A DNA stretch of 63,477 bases, filler included, from Octopus bimaculoides (lineage: Eukaryota): NCBI RefSeq assembly GCF_001194135.2. It is 4 parts of 4 records of this genome, joined end to end, with 100 filler letters (N's around TTAATTAATTAA, not from the genome) between each part and the next. Parts side by side here need not be neighbours in the genome. Positions count along the whole stretch, not along the records: positions 1 to 31,606 come from NC_068985.1; positions 31,707 to 54,876 come from NC_068981.1; 2 more parts are not named here. One strand, 5' to 3'. The position numbers and the translations under genes are program-made. The notes under the pieces are model-generated. The model had not been told where the DNA came from and did no database searches. It worked only from the letters and a program-made list of their open reading frames with translations. Shown here piece by piece: positions 26,249-36,745 of this stretch. Numbering within the stretch: the first letter of the stretch is position 1; each line of letters opens with the position of its first letter.

Positions 26249-26410
26249 GCACAGGTGTGGCTGTATGGTAAGAAGCTTGCTTCCCAATCGCATGGTTCCA
26301 AGTTCAGTCCGACTGCATGGCACTTTAGGCAAGTGTCTTCTACAATAGCTTTGGGTTGACCATGGCTTTGTGAGTGGATCTGGTAGACAGAAACTGAAAG
26401 AAGCCCATTG

Positions 26411-26467
<57 letters not shown>

Positions 26468-26670
26468 GTGTGTGTGTCTTTGTGTCTCCCATTACCATTT
26501 AACTAGCATTGATGTGTTTACGACCCATAACTTAGTGGTTCAGCTAAAGAGACAAATAGAATAAGTCCTAGGCTTTAAAATATAACTCCAGGAGTTGATT
26601 TGTTTAACTAAACCCTTCAAGGCGGTGCTCCAGTATGGCCACAGTCAAATGACTGAAACCAGTAAAAGAA
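26249..26670 (+). mobile_element. tRNA-derived SINE family C with internal (TA)n/(TG)n tract
   Basis: Runs tggctgtatggtaagaagcttgcttccc...ttcagtcc...aagaagccc(ta)n...ggtgctccagtatggcc...gactgaaac. Other copies at ~350-450, 1680-1830, 7990-8165, 16350-16480, 19340-19470, 20300-20410, 26040-26170, 39020-39300, 40020-40410 and 45200-45545. Confidence 0.8.
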
Positions 26671-26879
26671 TATCCTTGAAAAGTAAATGAAGTATCATTT
26701 CCATTTGATATCAATCAACCTTACCTCCAACTTCCACTAGAGTGTAGTAAATTGGCTGCTTTTTATGTTTAATTGCCCCTCCACACAAAGCATGAAGCGT
26801 TGATGATTGGCAGAATTGTTATGATACCAGACAAGGCACCAATAGAATTCTGCTTTAGGCACCCCTTATAACACCTCAA

Positions 26880-27310
26880 CTTTTTTGTTTCTAGGAATTT
26901 TCATAAAACTTTTGCGAATTTGTGTTCAGCACTCGGGAATTCACATGACTATGACAAAAAAATCTTTTTAATTCTTTGAAATTGAAAAAAAAAAAAAAAA
27001 TTTTCGAATTTTTTTTTCTTTCTTTGGATCACAGTTTAAAATACGGAGAGCCAGAATTTTTAGCATAAATCCCTGCAATAGACCAATAAATGTGTTTTAT
27101 GGAGAGAAAGATATTGAAAAACATTATTATATCAGACGGACAAACAAACGAGATGAATATCAGGTGGTCGAGAAATGTGCTAAAAATAATAGCTAAATAG
27201 CCCTTAAATCACACACACAAAAAATAATTTTTTTATTTTTCCTGATCGTACGAATTCCCGCGTGTAGAACACAAATTCGCAAAACTTTTCTGAAAATTTT
27301 AAAAAAAAAA
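26880..27310. repeat. Inverted-repeat element; direct relative at ~28985-29230
   Basis: ttttgcgaatttgtgttc...cgggaattc at ~26900 is inverted at ~27250-27295 and repeated directly at ~29030. Confidence 0.65.
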
Positions 27311-28891
27311 AATGTTACGAGGGGTGCCGAGATACCTTCCAACTTCAGTTCTGAGTTCAAATCCCAACAATGACCAGAGCTATTCCACGAATCAGAGGAT
27401 AAAAATTGACTATGAAAGCCGGTAGAGGAGGAACTGTAGCGATCTAAATGATAATGATGACGAAGGGGTTCATGTTGCCTACATTTCTCATAAAAATAAA
27501 CACAAAAATAACAGTTCTTATTCTGAACTGTAGTTAGGCAGGCTATACCATTTTGTGAGTTGGACAAAATTTATTGACCTTCTGGCGCCAACACGTCTTT
27601 CTGAAGTAAGGTATTTTTATTCTGCTGGTCTTCATAAGAAGCAGCCAAGCTAAACGAGAAGTAAACAAACACATCGTCACTCAAAAGCGTCAGCATGAAC
27701 AAGCATCGTCACCGTCAAGAGACGTATGATCACACATACGACGGTGTTTCACAGGTTCCATCTCCCAATTTCATTCATAAGGTATTTGTCTGTCGATTGC
27801 TATTGAAGATACCTACTCAAAAATGTTAAAACGAGGGGACCAAACCCGAAAAACGTCGTTGCGAAGTGAACTTCTTAACCACACAGCCAAGCTAACGCCT
27901 AAACGCACACAAAAAAATAATTTTAAAAAGATGGACAATCCTTCGGTATTGGTATACAACGTCATTCGTCTACACCTTCCCTTATGATATAGATAAAAAG
28001 GTTAGACTGAAAAAGAGGATGAATGACGTCGTCTTTTCATACCGACACTTTGTAGACCAATATCGAAGAATCGCCAAAAGATATAAAAAAAAAAAAATTC
28101 TAAGTTCTTACTTCACAGAATCAGTGCCGTAAACAACGACTAAATAGTGCTTGACGTGAAATAGACATCGGACATTGATACTTAGTAGGAAAATCAGTAA
28201 AGAAACGGAATTGTGATATTCTTGCTATCCTCCCTCTCCAGAGGACATATTAGTAGCAGCGCCAACACAGAAATAGAGTCAGAGTCGTATCCTGTCCAAG
28301 AACGTATCAATATCACTATAAATGATACGAAGTGAAAATACAGCTGAGAATGGAAATAAATTTACAGACACGGTTAGCTGTGAAAATTCCTGCGTTAGGA
28401 TAGTATTGTTGACAAATAGAAATTTGTATGGAGTCAATGAAAGAACATAATCGTTCGAATACAATAGAAGCATTGAGAAATGTTTACGTGTGTAAAATAA
28501 TAAAACTATATTTGTGAAATTTGCAAAAGGAAAGAAAATTGTTTAAATAAGAAAACAATTTAATTATAATTAATACAATGGAGATTAGGTATTCAATTAA
28601 AAATGATTGTAGCTAAAACGCCTTTAATTATAAAACTGATCCGATTGGTACAAAAGAAGTACAGATTGATGCCCACCACGACTTTGTTTTCTCATACCTT
28701 TCTGAGAATCTGAGAAATGGATATTCTTTACATCAAATTCTGAAGATACATTTTCGAGACTATATTATAACTATAATTTTTTTCTTTTTTGAACGTGTTT
28801 CGAATCATACTACCCACTTTCCTCTCGACTTTATTTTCGGCAGAATTCTGGTTTTAGCACCAAATATAACCTTTCATAACTTTTGGCGAAA

Positions 28892-28974
28892 GTAAAGAAT
28901 ACGTACACCCGGTGTTTAGGGTTAGGATTAGGGTTTTTGTTACGCCGAAAACGGGTGGTGTACGTATTCTTTAC
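28892..28974. repeat. Small hairpin with 18-bp perfect arms and a TTAGGG-like loop
   Basis: GTAAAGAATACGTACACC ... GGTGTACGTATTCTTTAC; the loop contains tttagggttaggattaggg. Confidence 0.8.
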
Positions 28975-30620
28975 CTCCGCCTAACTTTTTTTATGGCATG
29001 TCTTTATTTTTTTGGAACTTTCAGAAAAATTTTGCGAATTTGCGTTCTACATGCGGGAATTCATGCGATTATGAAAAAAAAAAATTTTTTGAAGTTTTTT
29101 AACATACCCCCACCCCACCCTAGCAAAAATGTGTTTTGGGGAGAAAATTATTGAAAAATATCAACATGTCAGTGAGACAATGAATCGAGGAAGGTAGTCG
29201 TTAGTTATGCTAGAGACAACAGCTAAATATTTTCTTCATAACTTTCTTTAAAAAATGCATATATTTTAAAATATTTTCGCCGCTAAATTTTATCAACATG
29301 TTGCGATCCATATTAAAAGAAAAGAAGTTTACAGAAATCTGTCATTGATCTTGTATGCCAATAATTTAAACAAAATGTATTTTATAAAAGTAAACATTAC
29401 CACTTGTTGTAGAAAAAAGGGGCGCGGAATGGGAGGACAGTCGTCCCCCTCATACCGCTATACAGGAGCGAAATTTTGATTTATCTCTGTCGATTAATTA
29501 AAGTAGGGATGCTACAAGTGTCTTTGCCGCCAAGGAGCGAGACCCTTGCAACGTTATTGTGTACCTCCATGCCTAACATTAAATATCAAGAGACTGTTGT
29601 TCTTTTGCAACAAGTTAACCGACTTCCACCCATGACTCCCCCATCTTTTTAGGATTACCTAGGAATATATGTATCCTTTTGACGATAGGGTGTGAGATAA
29701 GCGAAAATTAACTGCTATTTCTAGCAGACCGTGAAACTACATAACGGCTCTCGCTGCTTTGTTGAAGACCAGATAGGAATATGTGCGTGGGAATAATCAA
29801 CGGCTTTTCGTATTAGTTTTCTCTCTCACTCAATATTTACACGTGTCGCTCAGGGAAAAAATATAAACATGTACAGAGAAATATATACGGACACACTTTG
29901 GGTGTACGTGTATGATTTTAAAGTTGTCAATCTCCGTATGTACACACAAGTGGTAGGGTGTTCACACAACTCTGTAACAAAATTTATTTTCCTTTTAATC
30001 TTCCTAGGCGCGGGAATAAATTAGCCTCACATCTTTTTTTCTTTCTTTTGAGCGGTTGGTAGTTTATCACTTTTTTTTAACAAGCCTCATCACAGAATGA
30101 ATAGAGTTTACTACAGACTTTAGTCGTGTCCACTATATACAAGAGAACTGGACAAAATGCTCTGAATTACCCGCAGTGTCGGATTCAACTTAACCTTTTA
30201 TCTCTTCAGAATCAACCAAGTGTGCTAGTGTACTTGTATATTACTTATCGATATTTTGATTGTGTACTTATATGGAAATATTTGAAGGGTCTTTGGTGAC
30301 AATAACATTTGTAGGTACAGTTACGATATATATATAGTTTATATCTAATAAATATTTTATATTATATCTAATTAAATCTTTTTATATTGTCTTTACGAAA
30401 TCCCTTTCATAGTCTCACCAAAATCCCATTTCCTTCAATCTGTCATATATAAAACGTTGCTTTTTATATATTTTTAAATGAAAAACATAATCGCCGCTCT
30501 TTGGTTCCAAATATAGTTACTGATTATAACTTTTTGTTCTGATTTCAAATTCCGCGCGCGAGGATGGGGAGCGGTCGATAAAATGAAATCAAAAAGATAC
30601 CTAAGTCGTTTTAAATCTAC

Positions 30621-30654
<34 letters not shown>

Positions 30655-30747
30655 ATATTTGAACCTGTGACTATTCATTCATGGACAATGACAATACATA
30701 TACACACCTAAATAAGAAGAAAGAATACTAAGCTGATAAAGACGTAC

Positions 30748-30895
30748 CTGTGCTATATTTAGATTTTTCATGGTCCGAAGAGGGTTTTTCGTCACAACTG
30801 CCGTCAGTTTGACATGTATCAGGCTGTGAAGCTAAAACAAGGGTCAGAACGGTTGACAGTAAAAGACAAGACGATAGATAGAACTTGGTTGCCAT
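30748..30895 (-). CDS. POGLUT1: Protein O-glucosyltransferase 1 (Rumi), coding exon 1 with signal peptide
   Basis: ATG at 30895 gives MATKFYLSSCLLLSTVLTLVLASQPDTCQTDGSCDEKPSSDHEKSKYST, with a hydrophobic signal peptide. Donor ACAG|GTACGT, phase 1, matching the phase-1 start of exon 2. Confidence 0.85.
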
Positions 30896-31200
30896 GAATG
30901 GCTCATACAATTCTACTTCACAGCAGTGAAGAGTTTTAGTAAAGGCCGTTCACTCACACACTGCTGCTCGAGCACGTGGAACTAATGTTGAATGAATCTA
31001 AACCCTCTGACTTCTTTGCAAAGTGGTTGTCTGTTTGTAACCTGCCACACCATCACCATATCTTGTTTATAATTAGCTAATCGTGTATAAGTCGACGCAT
31101 AAGTTTGAGTGCGTCTGTGCGCGCGCGACTGAATGTTTGTGTGTATAACAATCTATTTATTAATAGGCGTAACTACAGAAGTATATCTCACACCGATCTT
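30896..31200 (-). promoter_or_regulatory. Probable POGLUT1 5'UTR/promoter region (CpG-retaining)
   Basis: Lies directly upstream of the ATG and is locally CpG-rich (gtcgacgc, gtgcgcgcgcgac). The TSS cannot be determined from sequence. Confidence 0.45.
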
Positions 31201-31606
31201 CTTTCCTCATAACTGAGAAGTGGATATTGTTTAACGAAATTTTTCTATAAATTCCTTTTCAATTATATCAGAACTTATTATGAATAGTTTTTTTTTTTTT
31301 TAGATGGGGAGAGAAGAGTTTCGGATAATTCTCACTCCCGTTTCTGTTTTATAAATACACACAACCTATATGTGATTAACTACAGAATGAGCCTCCGCCT
31401 CCAACTTTGTCGCCTCATAACTTGCAGGAAAATTCGTATTTTTTTAATGAAACTTTTTTTTACAAATACGATTCACACTAGATAACAATTGTATCGGAAT
31501 TTGATTTAAGCGGGGGTGGCGGTATATAACGTGCCGCGACTTTGTTTCTTCAAGTTTTGATGATGTAGATTACAATTGTGTAGAAAAAATGAAATTAGTT
31601 TTGAGA

Positions 31607-31706
31607 NNNNNNNNNNNNNNNNNNNNNNNNNNNNNNNNNNNNNNNNNNNNTTAATTAATTAANNNNNNNNNNNNNNNNNNNNNNNNNNNNNNNNNNNNNN
31701 NNNNNN
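31607..31706. other. Artificial 100-bp scaffolding spacer (44N-TTAATTAATTAA-44N)
   Basis: Identical construct at 54877-54976 and 60377-60476; the 12-mer has stops in all six frames. Confidence 0.95.
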
Positions 31707-32108
31707 TGCCAATATTGTCTGGACTTGCGACGGTAACCGTGTAAAGAATATCTTTCTAAGAAGTGGCCCATCAGTTGATTCACTGCTGAGACCGCGTAGA
31801 TGAGTTAAAAACTTTGTTGGAGTTCTATCGCCTAGTTGTTCATCCGCCATCAGCTCATGAAACTTGCTGGTGGCAGATCTGGCAGTCCTTCGCAATATCT
31901 CAGTCTTTACCTCATCGTAGGTCACGTCGTCTTTCGGAGTCGTGATAAAATCCTTTGACACTTTTAGAAGCGACGAAGGCAAATTGCATAGCATTAAAGA
32001 TAGCCTCCGAGTGGGCGAGACATCATGTGCCCCCAAAAAATTCTCTAACTGACCAAAAAATACGTCAGTCTCTCCGGCGAATGAAGGCAGGCTTGGCAAT
32101 GCACACAT
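31707..32108 (-). mobile_element. Ty3/Gypsy gag ORF (CsRn1-like), truncated by an assembly join
   Basis: MCALPSLPSFAGETDVFFGQLENFL...YDEVKTEILRR...LMADEQLGDRTPTKFLTHLRGL...LLRKIFFTRLPSQVQTILA matches the LP.F...F / E.LGDR.PS..L..MR.L / RLP..VQ.ILA gag pattern. Confidence 0.85.
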
Positions 32109-32718
32109 ATCGGTAAATGATTTCGTCAAAGGTAAAATAGGAAGAAACAATAACGAAAAACGTGTAAAATATGCAAAGGCCAAAAGATTTCACCGCAAAT
32201 GGAAAAGGAAATACACTATTTTTTTCTGTACCTTTCTGTTTTCCTCTGTAATGTATGTGCACAATAAGAACCAAAATGGAAAAGGAAAGAAGAAAAAGAA
32301 ATATTCGCTAAAAAAAAACAAAAAAAACAATGTGGTTGCCTTTCTCTTTTTTTTTNNNNNNNNNNNNNNNNNNNNNNNNNNNNNNNNNNNNNNNNNNNNN
32401 NNNNNNNNNNNNNNNNNNNNNNNNNNNNNNNNNNNNNNNNNNNNNNNNNNNNNNNNNNNNNNNNNNNNNNNNNNNNNNNNNNNNNNNNNNNNNNNNNNNN
32501 NNNNNNNNNNNNNNNNNNNNNNNNNNNNNNNNNNNNNNNNNNNNNNNNNNNNNNNNNNNNNNNNNNNNNNNNNNNNNNNNNNNNNNNNNNNNNNNNNNNN
32601 NNNNNNNNNNNNNNNNNNNNNNNNNNNNNNNNNNNNNNNNNNNNNNNNNNNNNNNNNNNNNNNNNNNNNNNNNNNNNNNNNNNNNNNNNNNNNNNNNNNG
32701 CTGCAGTCGTTCTTTAGC

Positions 32719-32729
32719 CGGGGTCACCA
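32719..32729 (-). promoter_or_regulatory. Primer-binding site complementary to tRNA-Trp
   Basis: Minus-strand TGGTGACCCCG is complementary to the tRNA-Trp 3' end ...CGGGGUCACCA. Confidence 0.75.
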
Positions 32730-32730
32730 C

Positions 32731-33108
32731 TTTAGGAGAGTGGGTTATATATCATTAGATATACACCTAACTTTCCTATATTAAATTAGAAGTGAACTGA
32801 ATGCAGAAACTCCATACTGATCAACAACAACAAATATTTATTGTACGGTGGAAAATAAAACAGCTTCCAATTGTCCGGTTTTAGAGTAGCCTGAAATGTA
32901 GATGTACGGTTCCTCAAGCTGGTGTCGTTGTAGAGACAACTTGGTTCAACCACACTCAAATGGGAGAGCTTGCTTAGACGTCTTGCTTAGTCGCTGGTAA
33001 AGAGGCAGACTAATAGCGGGAACGCTTCGATGTTGAAACCCACGCATGCGTGGTTCAGGATTCAGCAATGGCGACTATGCCTTTTGGTGCCAATATGACG
33101 TCACTACA
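32731..33108 (-). mobile_element. Gypsy 5' LTR (~378 bp)
   Basis: The minus strand begins TGTAGTGACG, contains AATAAA, and ends CTAAA (expected CTACA) 1 nt before the PBS; lies upstream of the gag ORF. Confidence 0.65.
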
Positions 33109-33735
33109 ATAGCATTATATGTAATGAAACCAGCAGTACCTGCCCTAGATATAGAAGCAAGGACTGGAATAGGATACAAGGAGTTTGTGACAAAGCAAAC
33201 AGAGTGAACATGTGGTATAAGACCAACAGATATCAAGGAGTGGTGTTTGTAGAGGCCACAGCCCATGGAAAACTATCCCAAAGATTTAGGAACGCTCTGA
33301 AGGAGGCCAAACTCAACATTAAGACCATTGAAAAGCCAGGGAGCTCCATCATCACAACTATGTAGGATGTACCCCTTTGAGAAGAACACATGCACCAATG
33401 ATAACTGCATGGTATGTAAGATTAACCCTGGCATTAACTGTAGAACTAGAAATGTAGTCTACAGCATATGGTGCTTGTAAAGACAAAAACATGATATACA
33501 TAGGTGAAACATCTAGAAGCATTGCGGAGAGAATAAATGGACATTTGAGACAATATGATGACTAAAAACAGTTCTCCATACTCTACCAACATGCCAAAAC
33601 CAAACATGGAGGCACAATGGGTCAATTTGACATCCGTATTTTATCCAAGTACCCAAAGGACCCAACGCTCTGATAAATACAGGAGTATGTCCTCATAAAT
33701 GAAACATCCCCAGTACTAAATAGGAAATATACATA
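33109..33735 (+). mobile_element. Penelope-like element GIY-YIG remnant (stops and frameshift)
   Basis: CTNDNCMVC...CRTRNVVYSIWC, then after a frameshift YIGETSRSIAERINGH...ILYQH...EYVLINETSPVLNRK. Confidence 0.7.
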
Positions 33736-33812
33736 GAAGGTAGTCATACCCCAATACCCACAGTTTATATATACACAGATAGGGTTGTTAGTAGGCTGTT
33801 ATGTAGACATAT

Positions 33813-35545
33813 ATCATCATCATCATTTAACGTCCACTTTCCATGCTAGCATGGGTTGGATGATTTGACTGAGGGCTGGTGAACCAGATGGCTGCACCAG
33901 GCTCCAATCTGATTTGGCAGAGTTTCTACAGCTGGATGCCCTTCCTAACGCCAACCACTCCGAGAGTGTAGTGGGTGCTTTTACGTGCCACCGCCACGAA
34001 GGCCAGTCAGGCAGTACTGACAATGGCCACGCTCAAAATGGTGTATTTTACGTGCCACTTGCACAGGAGCCAGTCCAGCTGCACTGGCAGTGATTTCGCT
34101 TGAATGTCTTTACACGTGCCACCAGCACAAATGCCAAGAAGGCGGCGCTAGTAACGATCACGCTCAAATGGTGCTATATACGGGCCACTAGCACAGAAGC
34201 CAGACATCTGCTATGGCAGGTGCCATCACTATTTCGCTTTCACTTGTCCCAACAGGTCTTCGCAAGCCGAGTTTAGTGTCCAATGAAGGAGACGATGTTG
34301 GCATGGGTGCCAGTCGTCGAATTTAGTTCGATTTCGATTTCACTTGCCTGAACAGGTCTTCGCAAGCGGAGTTTTAGTGTCCAATGAAGGAAGGTACGCA
34401 TAAGTGGGCTGGCTACACCCCTGGCAGAGGCCTTGGATTTAGGTCTCACTTGGCTTGCCGGGTCTTCTCACGCACAGCATATTTCCAAAGGTCTTGGTCA
34501 GAAGTCATTGCCTCGGTGAGGCCCAATGTACGAAGGTCGTGCCTCACCGCCTCATCTCAGGTCTTCCTGGGCCTACCTCTTCCACAGGTTCCTTCAACTG
34601 CTAGGGTGTGACACTTTTTCACACAGCTATCCTCATCCATTCTCGCCACATGACCATACCAGCACAATCGTCTCTCTTGCACACTACAACTGATGCTTCT
34701 TAGGTTCGACTTTTCTCTCAAGGCACTTATACTCTGTCTAGTGTGCACATTGACATTACACATCCATCGGAGCATACTGGCTTCATTCCTTGCGAGCCTA
34801 CGCATGTCGTCAGCAGTCATAGCCCATGTTTCACTGCCATGTAGCATGGCTGTTCATACACATACGTCATACAGTCTGCCTTTTACTCTGAGTGAGAGGC
34901 CCCTTATCACCAGCAGAGGTAAGAGCTCTCTGAACTTTGCCCAGGCTATTCTTATTCTAGCAGCTACACTTTCAGTGCACCCACCCCCACTACTAGCTTG
35001 GTCACCTAGATAGTGGAAGCTATCAACTAAGTCTAGTTTTTCTCCCTTGGAATGTGGCCAAAGTTGTTTTCTGCCCATTTTCAGTGTTTCTTGCACCTGA
35101 ACATCTGCCACATACAAAAACTAACTTCCTAGTTAATCTTCCTTTGATATAGCTGCACCTCTTATGTGTCCATAGCTTGCACTTGGTACATCTTATAGAG
35201 TTTCTACCTATGCCTTTTCTACAGATCGAGCAGGGCCGTCTACCTGAAGGGGTTTGTGTTTTGTCTACCTTCCTACTTATTATGACTTTGGTTTTAGCTA
35301 GGTTGACTCTAAGGCCCTTTGATTCTCTTACTCTAGTTCTGATAGTGATTCAGCAATTAGTGCAAGGTCATCAGCATAAAGGAGCTTCCAGGGGCATCCT
35401 GTCTTGAATTCCTCTGTTATAGCCTGGAGGACTATGATAAGTAGGAGGGAGCTGAGGACTGAACCTTGGTGAACTCCTACCTCTACCCAGAATTCTTCAC
35501 TGTACTCGTTAACCCTCACCTTACTGACAGCGTCTCTGTACATGA
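33813..35545 (-). mobile_element. RTE LINE, ~1.7 kb 5'-truncated, disrupted RT
   Basis: RT motifs GVHQGSVLS and LLYADDL (35328-35543); C-terminal pieces MLHGSETW and ERRLCWYGHVARM...GRGRPRKT; modular 3'UTR and (GAT)n tail; frameshifts present. Confidence 0.92.
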
Positions 35546-36349
35546 TATATATATATAATTTTATAAGTATATTTATAAAACCATGTTAAGGGCAAAAAGC
35601 GAGTCTTACAACAGGCTAACCCTCATACTAAAAGAAGATGCCAAATGGCGCAAAACTACCTCATGTAAACATGCACCGAGAACAAGGAAATATAAGAAAA
35701 GATTCATGAATAGGTTCTGGATCAATTGATTTCAGATTGATGGAAAAAGTCCATTTTTCCTCATCAGCATAGTACAACCATATGCATGTAATTATAAACA
35801 TATCTACATACCCCAGGAACATGATACTTCCGCAGTGCATGTACAACTGTCTACACTTATACACAAATCAAAATTTAAAAGATCTAGTTCATTTATCTCA
35901 GCACATATTAATAACCAAATAATTCAGCAGTGAATGATTTTTGGTTAGAATATATATGTTAATTAAAATTAAGGATAAAAGAAGATGCGAAGTATGCTTC
36001 AACACATGAATTTACATAAAGAATCTTGCAAACCAAATACAAAAATGAAATATATGTGTATGTGTGTGTGCGTATGTGTGTATATATGTGTTTGTGTGTG
36101 TGTGTTTATATATGTGTGTGTGTGTATATATATGGGTGTGTGTGTATATATATATATATGTGTGTGTATGTATGTAGATATATGTGTGTGTATGTTTATA
36201 TATATATATATATATATATATATCATCCTTATACATCCCATCCCCCACCCCACACATTCCATTCCCATATACCCCACTCCCATCCTCAGACCCCACTCCC
36301 ACATACCCACTCCTCAACCCAACCCACACTTCACCCTTGCNNNNNNNNN

Positions 36350-36745
36350 NCCACTTCCCAGCACCCACGCCACACCACACCACACAACACCACACCACAT
36401 CACACACTAGCAATGACCACTTCCCAGCACCCACACCATCATCCACACACCTACACATGCACACACACACACATGCTCTCACATATACCTACATGTGCAC
36501 CTTCGTTTTGAAATCACCACTACTTTATTATCTCCCCCTCTTCCTAGCTCTCCTGTCTGGCCATCGCCATGATTGACCGCTAGCTACTGAAGCTTTTTTT
36601 CATTCTCTCTCTGTTTATTTTCTAGGGTTCCTTTCTGTTGAAGAGTCTCGGCTCGAAACGTAAAAGACTTTCTCACCTTCCCGAGCGTTAAACTAATACA
36701 CCTATTTGTCGTTTACACACCTGTCTTCGTCTTTTGTTTTTGTAA
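36350..36745 (+). mobile_element. Dispersed repeat with hammerhead-like motif (probable PLE terminal repeat); second copy at 53285-53640
   Basis: ccacttcccagcacccacacc...ctttattatatctcccc...gaaac..aaagact...acctgtctt is collinear at both positions. Confidence 0.6.
36631..36666 (+). ncRNA. Minimal type I hammerhead-like motif (A6 mutated)
   Basis: CTTT CTGTTGA A GAG-tctcgg-CTC GAAAC GTA AAAG: stem I CTTT/AAAG, stem II GAG/CTC, palindromic ACGT stem III. Confidence 0.5.

Noticed and set aside
28220-28480. Antisense exon after the acceptor-like ctccctctccag in intron 1
   Set aside because: All frames stop within about 30 codons, with no donor partner or recognisable homology.
30246-30253. DRE motif TATCGATA near the POGLUT1 5' end
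   Set aside because: A single 8-mer ~500 bp into intron 1 of AT-rich DNA could arise by chance, and its function is established mainly in insects.
30896-30910. POGLUT1 start at TTG 30910 (MYEPF...) as shown in the ORF track
   Set aside because: It is a non-ATG start; the ATG at 30895 directly precedes the signal peptide.
35985-36576. ORFs of 100-160 aa in several frames
   Set aside because: They are translations of (TG)n/(TA)n microsatellites and CAC-rich low-complexity DNA.
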